Of a stretch of DNA of 64,000 nucleotides, positions 24,658 to 34,800 are shown piece by piece. Location: the NCBI GenBank assembly GCA_028826165.1, contig JAPDFW010000033.1:248001-312000 (forward strand), read 5' to 3'. Positions within the stretch are counted from its first letter, which is position 1. Every line of letters begins with the position of its first letter. The position numbers and the translations under genes are program-made. The DNA is from Anaeramoeba ignava BMAN. Its lineage: Eukaryota > Protista > Anaeramoebae. The notes beneath the pieces are model-generated. The model saw only the letters and a program-made list of their open reading frames with translations. It was not told the origin of the DNA and did no database searches.

Positions 24658-27600
24658 TTAATCAGAATCTGAATTTAAGTTTTGGTCACTATCACTGTCA
24701 TTATCATTATCATTATCATTATCATTATCGTTGTCATTATCGTTGTCAATGTCATTTTCGTTATCATTTTTATCTTCTGAATTATCTTCATTATCATTTT
24801 TATCTTCTTGATCTTCATTATCATTTTTATCTTCATCATCTTTTTCATCATTTTCATCTTTTTCATCATTTTTATCTTTTTCATCTTTTTCATCTTTTTC
24901 ATCTTCATTATCTTTTTCATCATTATCATCTTCATCATCTTGTTCATCTTGTTCATATTGTTCATCTTCAAGTTTTTGATAAGCGAAATTTGCAGATTTT
25001 TCTTTATCATCATCAACAACATAAGTTTCTTTATCATCAGGGTTTCCAGATTCCCAAAGAGGAGTTTTTTCAGAAGGCACATCAGAATCAGTTTTAGGGG
25101 GTTTAGGGGTATGTTTAGCAGGCCACCAATTCAATTTTCCAAAGAGAGCCATGATAGCAGGAACCATAAGAGTACGCACAACAAAAGTGTCGACAAGAAC
25201 ACAGAAACAGAACATGAAACCGAACTCAGTAAGAGTAGTGATTCGTGAGAAGAAAAGACCTGCGAAGGCAATAGCCATGATGATCCCAGCAGCAGTGATG
25301 ATCCCACCAGTCATGAATACACCATCAATAATGCACTCACGATCTGTCATCAAACCGGTTTTCTTGTTTTCATAAATTCGTGAGAAAAGAAAGATGTCGT
25401 AATCCATACCGAATCCAACAAGAACACTGAAACTGAGAACAGGAACAAGCCAGTACATGGAATGAACATCTTTGAGATAATGAACAAGCCAGCCGAAAGA
25501 ATCGTGCTGATAGACAATAACACCAAACCCGTAGATCCAGAGAAGACTGAAGCTGATTGTGAAGATAAGACGGACAGGGACAATGAGAGAACGGAATGCA
25601 GAGGAAGAAATAATGAAAACAATTGCTGCGGTAATGGATATAATGTAAGGGAAGAGCTGGTAAACGCGAGAAACAGCATCGATTTGATCTGTTGTCCCGC
25701 GGAAGAAATAATAGTTGTATTTCAGATTCTTGTTGGATACCAAGTTTCGGATCTTGTGAGTAAAGTCCTGCGTTCTGTATCCGAAGGGATCGAAATTGGG
25801 AATGATATCGAAGTATGCGCCTGTGCCGTTGTCGCAATACATCGAGAAGAGATAACGATATGCATTTCCAGTCTGAGTGAAATACAACGGAAAGGAAGGA
25901 TCAAACTCCATTCCGTAGGCCATTGTGTAATCAAGAGGTGATCCCTCGAGAAAACTGACGCCAATAATATCTGTGGCATCAATTCCTGTTATCGACACAA
26001 TATCATTCAGAACAGTTGCTGTCTCAGTGAAAAACTCTTGTGTGAAAATGTAACTGTTGTCCTTCGTTGTTGCAAGGAGTGAAAAAGGTGCGGCAATTCC
26101 TGGAGTGAAAACAGATGCCATTGTGTTGTATCTTTTCAATGATTCTGTATTTCGCGGGAAAATTTGCATATTGTCGATTGTCCATGTGAGTTTGGGAACT
26201 TGAATAATAAAAGGGATTGTGAGAGCAAAAATAATAATCAAGATGACAATCGCCCATTTTTTGTTTGTTGAGATTGTTGCAGAGCGTTTCCAGAAGGGTT
26301 GTTTGAGTTTAGGAGCCTCAGCATCTGGGTTTGTGCTTGGAATTGGAGGACGTGCACCGAGAAGAACAACATCAGGATTATTTGTATGGTGACCGGTTGT
26401 TGGGGTGTATTGTTGTTCATCAGGTGCGCGTTTATGTTTGCGGATATGCCCATTGACCATTGTATCAAGCTCCCAGATCTCGTCTTGGTCAAGATTCGCC
26501 TCGAGAAGTTGCTGTTGCCGCTCGATAGAACGCGCGTTTGGATTAACACCTGTTTGGCTCATTGTGTCGTTGAAAACGCTCATTGTGTCGTTGTACTGGC
26601 TCAGTGTGTCATTGTACTGACTCACTGTGTCGTTCATTTGACTTACTGTGTCATTCATCTGACTGAAATTATCGTTCATCTGGCTCATTGTGTCGTTCAT
26701 TGGAGTGAAATTTTCGTTCACACTCGTATTCTCTCCATCGATCTCCTTCCCAATAACTTCGGGCAATGCCGTGTATTTGGCTTTTTTTTCGTGAATTTTT
26801 TGGTATCTTCTCAGCTTCGCTTTGTCTTTTTTGCGCATGAGTTCAAAAGTGGAAAAAAATTTCTTGAACACGAAAAGTAGCGCAGGTGTCAGGGTCATGT
26901 TAACGATAATAACAGAAACAACAGAGAGCGAAGCAGCGACACCAAGGGAACGGATCATATCAAGAGGGAAAAACGCAAGGCCGATGAACGAGATGACGAG
27001 AATAAACCCACTGAGAGTGATAATGCGGCCCGAGTAGTGGCACATCTCGTAAATTGCGTAGAAATGGCGGTGGCCTGTAAGAAGACTTTCCTTAAAACGA
27101 GCGAGAAGAAACAGGGAGTAATCAATACTTGTTGCGATGATAAGGGACATCATGACGCTTGGGGTAAAAGTTGCGACGTTCCAGACATTTTTCGCAAGGG
27201 GTTCCATAATCATAAAACTAGTCGCAATAGAAACACCAACGGACAATAAGGGGAGAACAACGAACTTGAAACTTCTTAAGATAATACAAAGAACAATGAC
27301 AGCTAGAGGGATTGATATGCCATCCATAACCATCATGTCCTTGGCCGTCTGCGCGATGATATCCTGGAGAAGCACGGAGAAACCAACAAGACCGACCTTC
27401 ATTCCGCCGTTCCCGTTATCGTGAATATAGCTATTGACATGATCCTGGATGTGGTCGTTGAAATCGAATATGTTTGAGAAACTGGTGTCGATGCTCGTCA
27501 TCCTGAAGAACATATTTTTTCCATCGGGAGTTATAAATTCCTGCTGAAGATCGGTTAAGTTATCTTTCTCTTCTGAAAATGTCCAGTAGCCTTGAAAATC

Positions 27601-27930
27601 CGCCAAATACAATTTACCGCCATCAACAGTGTATTTCGTTGCGAAATCGGAAATCGAAAATTCAAGCCCTTTTGTCCAGTTTGTGATTGTTGTTTCGTCC
27701 GATTGAATGAATACTATTGTGTCTTGTCCATCATCAGGTGGAAATCTTTTGTTAAATTGCTTCTTTGCTTCATATCCTGGTGTTCCTTTTGGTGCTAATA
27801 ACGTTAAATTTGTTTCGCCGATTAGTTTGAATCCAATAAATACTCCTAATCCTGCTATTATTAACCATGCACCTAATATAAAATACCTTGTTTTTTTTAT
27901 AAATTTAGCATATTTTATTCCAAAATACAT
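24658..27930 (-). CDS. MMPL-family (RND superfamily) membrane transporter, intronless, with acidic C-terminal tail
   Basis: 1090 aa; two repeats of TM1 + soluble loop + 5 TMs; ATSIDYSLFLLARFKE and GFGMDYDIFLFSRIYE motifs; TGGIITAAGIIMAIAF; DTFVVRTLMVPAIMALFGKLNWWP C-terminal MMPL signature. Confidence 0.92.
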   Translation of the reverse strand: MYFGIKYAKFIKKTRYFILGAWLIIAGLGVFIGFKLIGETNLTLLAPKGTPGYEAKKQFNKRFPPDDGQDTIVFIQSDETTITNWTKGLEFSISDFATKYTVDGGKLYLADFQGYWTFSEEKDNLTDLQQEFITPDGKNMFFRMTSIDTSFSNIFDFNDHIQDHVNSYIHDNGNGGMKVGLVGFSVLLQDIIAQTAKDMMVMDGISIPLAVIVLCIILRSFKFVVLPLLSVGVSIATSFMIMEPLAKNVWNVATFTPSVMMSLIIATSIDYSLFLLARFKESLLTGHRHFYAIYEMCHYSGRIITLSGFILVISFIGLAFFPLDMIRSLGVAASLSVVSVIIVNMTLTPALLFVFKKFFSTFELMRKKDKAKLRRYQKIHEKKAKYTALPEVIGKEIDGENTSVNENFTPMNDTMSQMNDNFSQMNDTVSQMNDTVSQYNDTLSQYNDTMSVFNDTMSQTGVNPNARSIERQQQLLEANLDQDEIWELDTMVNGHIRKHKRAPDEQQYTPTTGHHTNNPDVVLLGARPPIPSTNPDAEAPKLKQPFWKRSATISTNKKWAIVILIIIFALTIPFIIQVPKLTWTIDNMQIFPRNTESLKRYNTMASVFTPGIAAPFSLLATTKDNSYIFTQEFFTETATVLNDIVSITGIDATDIIGVSFLEGSPLDYTMAYGMEFDPSFPLYFTQTGNAYRYLFSMYCDNGTGAYFDIIPNFDPFGYRTQDFTHKIRNLVSNKNLKYNYYFFRGTTDQIDAVSRVYQLFPYIISITAAIVFIISSSAFRSLIVPVRLIFTISFSLLWIYGFGVIVYQHDSFGWLVHYLKDVHSMYWLVPVLSFSVLVGFGMDYDIFLFSRIYENKKTGLMTDRECIIDGVFMTGGIITAAGIIMAIAFAGLFFSRITTLTEFGFMFCFCVLVDTFVVRTLMVPAIMALFGKLNWWPAKHTPKPPKTDSDVPSEKTPLWESGNPDDKETYVVDDDKEKSANFAYQKLEDEQYEQDEQDDEDDNDEKDNEDEKDEKDEKDKNDEKDENDEKDDEDKNDNEDQEDKNDNEDNSEDKNDNENDIDNDNDNDNDNDNDNDNDSDSDQNLNSDSD

Positions 27931-28340
27931 TTTTCTCTTTTGATTTGAAAAAAAAAAATAATTTTAATTTTTTTTTTGATTTTTTTTTGCTTTTTCAATA
28001 ATTTTTTTTTTTAATTTTTCTTTTAAATTTATGTTGAAAAACTAAAACTAAAACTAAAACTAAAACTATAAAAAATAATAAAATAAAAAGTTTTTCTAAT
28101 GCTTATTTGTTACTTTTTCATTTTTATTTTTATTTTAATTTTAATAAAAAAAAAAAAACTAATAATGTAAAAATTAGTTTAAATTTTATTTTAATTTAAT
28201 CTCTCCTTTCTCTTTTTTAATTTTATTTTTTAATTTTAATTTTGATCTTCTTTTTTTTTTTATATATAAAAAAAAATTAAAAAACTAAAAAATACGAATT
28301 TTTTTTTTAATCAATAATCTTAATTAAAATCTAAAATAAG

Positions 28341-31300
28341 AATAGATTTGATTTAATATTTAATTTAAATTCTTTTTTAAAATGTATTTTATATTAAATA
28401 TTTATTATTAAAATTGATTAAAATAGATTTATTTATTTTTAAAAATTTGATTGAAAAATTGAATTAAAAATAATTAAATTTTTAATAGATTTGATTTAAT
28501 ATTTAATTTAAATTCTTTTTAAAATATATATTATATTAAATATTTATTATTAAAATTTATTAAAATAGATTTATTTCCTTTTTAAAAATAAATTAAAAAA
28601 TTGAATTAAAAATAATTAAATTTTTAATAGTTTTGATTTAATATTTAATTTAAATTCTTTTTAAAATGTATTTTATATTAAATATCTATTATTAATATTT
28701 ATTAAAATAGATTTATTTCTTTTTAAAAATAAATTAAAAATTGAATTAAAAATAATTAAATTTTTAATAGATTTAATTTAATATTTAATTTAAATTCTTT
28801 TTAAAATGTATATTATATTAAATATTTATTATTAAAATTGATTAAAATAGATTTATTTATTTTTAAAAATAAATTAAAAATTGAATTAAAAATAATTAAA
28901 TTTTTAATAGATTTGATTTAATATTTAATTTAAATTCTTTTTAAAATATATATTATATTAATTTTATTATTAAAATTGATTTAAATAGATTTATTTATTT
29001 TTAAAAATTAGATTAAAAATTGAATTAAAAATAATTAAATTTCTTAATAGATTTAATTTAATATTTAATTTAAATTCTTTTTAAAATGTATTTTATATTA
29101 AATATTTATTATTAAAATTGATTAAAATAGATTTATTTATTTTTAAAAATTTGATTAAAAATTGAATTAAAAATAATTAACTTTCTTAATAGTTTTGATT
29201 TAATATTTAATTTAAATTCTTTTTTAAAATGTATTTTATATTAAATTTATTATTAAAATTGATTAAAATAGATTTATTTCTTTTAAAAAATAAATTAAAA
29301 ATTGAATTAAAAATAATTAACTTTTTAATAGTTTTGATTTAATATTTAATTTAAATTCTTTTTAAAATGTATTTTATATTAAATATTTATTATTAATATT
29401 GATTAAAATATATTTATTTATTTTTAAAAATAGATTAAAAATTGAATTAAAAATAATTAAATTTTTTTAATAGATTTGATTTAATATTTAATTTATATTC
29501 TTTTTAAAATATATTTTATATTAAATATTTATTATTAAAATTTATTAAAATAGATTTATTTATTTTTAAAAATTGATTAAAAATTGAATTAAAAATAATT
29601 AAATTTTTAATAGATTTGATTTAATATTTAATTTAAATTCTTTTTAAAATATATATTATATTAAATATTTATTATTAATATTGATTAAAATTGATTTATT
29701 TCTTTTTAAAAATAAATTAAAAATTGAATTAAAAATAATTAACTTTTTAATAGTTTTGATTTAATATTTAATTTAAATTCTTTTTAAAATATATATTATA
29801 TTAAATATTTATTATTAAAATTTATTAAAATAGATTTATTTATTTTAAAAATTTGATTAAAAATTGAATTAAAAATAATTAAATTTCTTAATAGATTTGA
29901 TTTAATATCTAATTTAAATTCTTTTTAAAATATATATTATATTAATTTTATTATTAAAATTTATTAAAATAGATTTATTTCTTTTTAAAAATTTGATTAA
30001 AAATTGAATTAAAAATAATTAAATTTTTAATAGATTTGATTTAATATTTAATTTAAATTCTTTTTAAAATGTATTTTATATTAAATTTATTATTAATATT
30101 TATTAAAATAGATTTATTTCTTTTTAAAAATTAGATTAAAAATTAAATTAAAAATAATTAAATTTTTTAATAGTTTTGATTTAATATTTAATTTAAATTC
30201 TTTTTAAAATGTATTTTATATTAAATATTTATTATTAAAATTGATTAAAATTGATTTATTTCTTTTTAAAAATAAATTGAAAAATTAAATTAAATAATAA
30301 TTAAATTTCTTAATAGTTTTGATTTAATATTTAATTTAAATTCTTTTTAAAATGTATTTTATATTAAATATTTATTATTAATATTTATTAAAATTGATTT
30401 ATTTCTTTTTAAAAATAAATTAAAAATTGAATTAAAAATAATTAACTTTTTAATAGTTTTGATTTAATATTTAATTTAAATTCTTTTTAAAATATATATT
30501 ATATTAAATATCTATTATTAAAATTTATTAAAATAGATTTATTTATTTTTAAAAATTTGATTAAAAATTGAATTAAAAATAATTAAATTTCTTTTAATAG
30601 ATTTGATTTAGTATTTAATTTAAATTCTTTTTAAAATATATTTTATATTAAATATTTATTATTAATATTGATTAAAATAGATTTATTTATTTTTAAAAAT
30701 TAGATTAAAAATTGAATTAAAAATAATTAAATTTTTAATAGATTTGATTTAATATTTAATTTAAATTCTTTTTAAAATGTATATTATATTAAATATTTAT
30801 TATTAAAATTGATTAAAATAGATTAATTTCTTTTAAAAATTTGATTAAAAATTGAAATAAAAAATAATTAAATTTCTTAATAATTTTGATTTAGTATTTA
30901 ATTTAAATTCTTTTTAAAATATATTTTATATTAAATATTTATTATTAATATTTATTAAAATAGATTTATTTCATTTTAAAAATAAATTAAAAATTGAATT
31001 AAAAATAATTAAATTTTTAATAATTTTTGATTTAATATTTAATTTAAATTCTTTTTAAAATATATATTATATTAATTTTATTATTAAAATTTATTAAAAT
31101 AGATTTATTTCTTTTTAAAAATTAGATTAAAAATTGAATTAAAAATAATTAAATTTTTAATAGATTTGATTTAATATTTAATTTAAATTCTTTTTAAAAT
31201 GTATTTTATATTAAATATTTATTATTAAAATTTATTAAAATAGATTTATTCCTTTTTAAAAATTTGATTAAAAATTAAATTAAAAATAATTAAATTTTTA

Positions 31301-31780
31301 ATAGATTTGATTTAAATATTTAATTTAAATCCTTTTTAAAATATATATTATATTAAATATTTATTATTAAAATTTATTAAAATAGATTTATTTCTTTTAA
31401 AAAATAAATTGAAAAATTGAATTAAAAATAATTAAATTTTTAATAGATTTTGATTTAATATTTAATTTAAATTCTTTTTTAAAATATATTTATATTAAAT
31501 ATTTATTATTAATATTTATTAAAATAGATTTATTTATTTTTAAAAAATAAATTAAAAAATTGAATTAAAAAATAATTAAATTTCTTAATAGATTTGATTT
31601 AATATTTAATTTATATTCTTTTTTAAAATATATTTTATATTAAATATTTATTATTAAAATTTATTAAAATAGATTTATTTATTTTTAAAAATTTGATTAA
31701 AAAATTGAATTAAAAAATAATTAAATTTCTTAATAGTTTTGATTTAGTATTTATTATTAAAATTGATTAAAATAGATTTA
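28341..31780. repeat. Intergenic AT-rich satellite, ~140-bp unit, ~24 copies
   Basis: Anchor AATAG(A/T)TTTGATTTAATATTTAATTTAAATTC recurs at 28341, 28484, 28626, 28766, 28906 and onward. Confidence 0.92.
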
Positions 31781-31896
31781 TTAGAAAAAAGAAACAAATA
31801 CATCATCAATTAAGAAAAATATTTAAAAAGAATTTTTTTTCCTTTTTTTTCTTTTTTTCATTTTTTTTTTCCTTTTTTCTTTTTTTATAAAAAAAA

Positions 31897-34800
31897 ATGC
31901 TTTCAATCGAACAAATTTCAACAACACTTTTTGATAGCCAAAGATTTATTCCTTACATTTCACTTGATAAACAATTATATCAACCAGGAGAAAACATTTT
32001 CATTCGAGCAGTAGTTTTAAATTCTTTTACAAACGAACCATTAATTGATCCAAATGTATTAAATCAACTCAAAAATGCAAAAATCAAAATCAAAGATGCA
32101 AGAGATCAAACAGTTTTAGATGAAGATTTAAAATTGGATAATATCAAAGAAAGTAGTGTTTATTCATATTGTTGGAAAACAAATGATTCAACAAAAGGAG
32201 GAGAATATAAAGTGGTTATTTCTCATTTTATTTCTGATCAATTATTTTCATCTGAAAGAAAATTTGTTATTAGACCTTTTAGAATTCCAAGATTGAATAA
32301 GAACATTGAATTTCTTAAGCAAAGTTATTCAGCAAAAGATGAAGTTGAAGCTATTTTATCAGTTCAAAGAGTAGAAGGCGAAAATAATAAATTGGAGGAA
32401 ATTTCTGTTACTTATAAAGTCAAAAATGGATCTGATATTTTTAAATCTGGAACAAAAAATCTTGATTCAAAAGGAAAATTATTGATTAAATTTACTTTGC
32501 CTTCTAGAATCACTTCTGATGTTGTTTTGAATTGTATTATTAAGGATGGAGATGTTCAAGAAAATGCAGTTAAAAATGTTCCTGTTGTGAATTCAAAAAT
32601 TGATGTTAGTTTCTTTCCTGAAGGAGGAAATTTGGTTTATGGAATCAAATCAAGAGTTTATTTTGAAGCAACAAATGATATCAATGAACCAATTGATTTG
32701 GAAGCAGAATTAGTTTCTTCAAACAACGAAACAGTTAATCAAAATATCATTTTAAAGACCCAACATGAAGGAAGAGGATTTTTTGAATTTATTCCCCAAA
32801 ATGATAACAAATACTCTTTGAAAGTTATCAATCCAAAAAAAGATCCTGAATCAAAAATCGAATTACCTTATATCCTAAAAGAAGGAGTTTCAATGAAAGT
32901 TTTAAAACCCTCGTTTTCATTTGGAGAAGAAATTGAGATTGAAATGATTTCTTCTTATTCAGGAAATTTCAAAGTGGGATTATTTAAAAAGGAAATTGAG
33001 ATTGGACAAGAATTAGTATCAATTTCAGAGGATCAAAAATACAAACCAATTATTGTTAAAATTTCACCAAAAAATGAAAAATACCAACAAGGAATAATAA
33101 GAATAACAATTTACAAAATTGAACAACAAGAAAATCAAAAAATACTAATTATTCCAACAACAGAAAGATTAATATTTATTAAACAAAAAAGAGAGCTTAA
33201 TTTCAATATTAAACTTAATAAAGAATCTTACATTCCAGGCGAAAAAGTTGAAATGATTATTGAGACAAAAGATCAAAGCAATGAACCAATTAATTCAATT
33301 TGTGGAATAACAGTTACAGATAATTCAGTTTATGAAATGACTGAAAAAGCTGACCGAAATCCAAATTTGTTTTCTATGGTTCATTTAGAAAATGAAGTAT
33401 TAAAATTTCATGATTCTGAATCCTATCTTGATTTTAATGATGAAATTAGTCAAAGTATTTTTTATTATTTTATTATTTTTATATTTTTATTTAAAAATTA
33501 ATTTATTTTATTATTATTTTTATTAGAAAAACTTGATCTTTTACTTGGTATTCAAGGATGGAGAAATTTTGTTTTTTCAAGAACAATTCCAGATTATTTC
33601 AAAAATCAAGAGAAAATTATGAAAGCTTTTGTAATTCCTGAAAATATTATGAATTTCAAAATTAAATATGATCAAGAAACAATCTCTCTTTCTTGTGTTT
33701 CACAAACACCTTTAATCAAAATCAAAGAACTTATTGAAAAAGGATTTGATATTCCAATTTCATCCCAATATATTTTCAAACATAAGGAATATCTTTCAGG
33801 AAATGATAAATCGGTAAACGAATTTAAAATTGAACAAGATCAAGAACTCGAAGTTTTTGACTCAAGAAAATATGGAGAGAAAATATTCGTTAATGTTCTT
33901 GATATTGATTTGCTTTCGTTAGAATATGATCCAAATATCACAATTTCTTCTCTTAAAAAATATTTTGAAGAAAAGGAAGGAATGAAACAACAAAATCAAA
34001 CAATATTTTTCGAAAATGAAAAATTAGAAGATGATAAAGCATTAAATGATTATGGGATAAAACATGGAGATGTACTTAAAATGGATTTAAGTGAAATTAT
34101 GATTGAAATTTATGGTTCTAAATTTGAAACAATGAAAATTTTTATTGATCCCAAAGAAACTGTTGGAAAAGTGAAGCAAATTATTGAGGAAAAAGTAGGA
34201 TTCTTTCAAATTCAACAAAGATTCATTTTAGAACATGAAGATTTGGGAGATGATAAAACTCTTCAAGAAGTTAATATCAAGCATAAATCAAGAATATTGT
34301 TTATCCTTAACACAACAAAAAATTTAAAGATGAATGTGAAAATTCAATATTTTGAGAAAATTGTTGAATATGAGGTTTTTAATTATCAAAAAGTTGATGA
34401 TCTGAAAAAAAAGACTGTGGAAAGTTTCAAAATTCCTGAGAAAAAGCAACGCTTCTTTTTCCGTGAGAGAGAACTTGATAACTATTACGATTTCAAAACT
34501 GAAATGATTCCAAACAATTCACTTCTTCATTTAATTATGGATGAAGATTTTAATAAAAATTTGAAATTAACTATAAAAAACAAATCCAAAAATGAAGAAT
34601 ATCAAGTTAAAACAAAATTTGGAACAACACTTGAAGAATTAAAAGAAATTATTGAAAAAAAAGTGGGAATTAGAGAAAACAAACAAATGATTTTCTTCAA
34701 TGAAAAAATTCTTGATGATTTAGACAAAAAATTGATTTTCTATTTTATCAACAATGGAGATGCTATTCATGTTTTAGAAAATACAAATCAGAAGCCCTAT

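Noticed and set aside
25100-27700. Elevated GC of the MMPL gene as evidence of recent HGT or contamination
   Set aside because: Clearly eukaryotic long exons (USP, LRR-RGS) show the same interior GC rise, and the gene ends in host-style DN/DE repeats.
24675-27943. Many overlapping ORFs on both strands within the MMPL gene (likewise within the USP and LRR-RGS genes)
   Set aside because: Shadow frames of higher-GC coding sequence, with no recognisable motifs.
28341-31780. Regular repeat array as a possible CRISPR array
   Set aside because: Whole units repeat with no unique spacers, there are no cas genes, and the context is eukaryotic; the same applies to 58381-61940.
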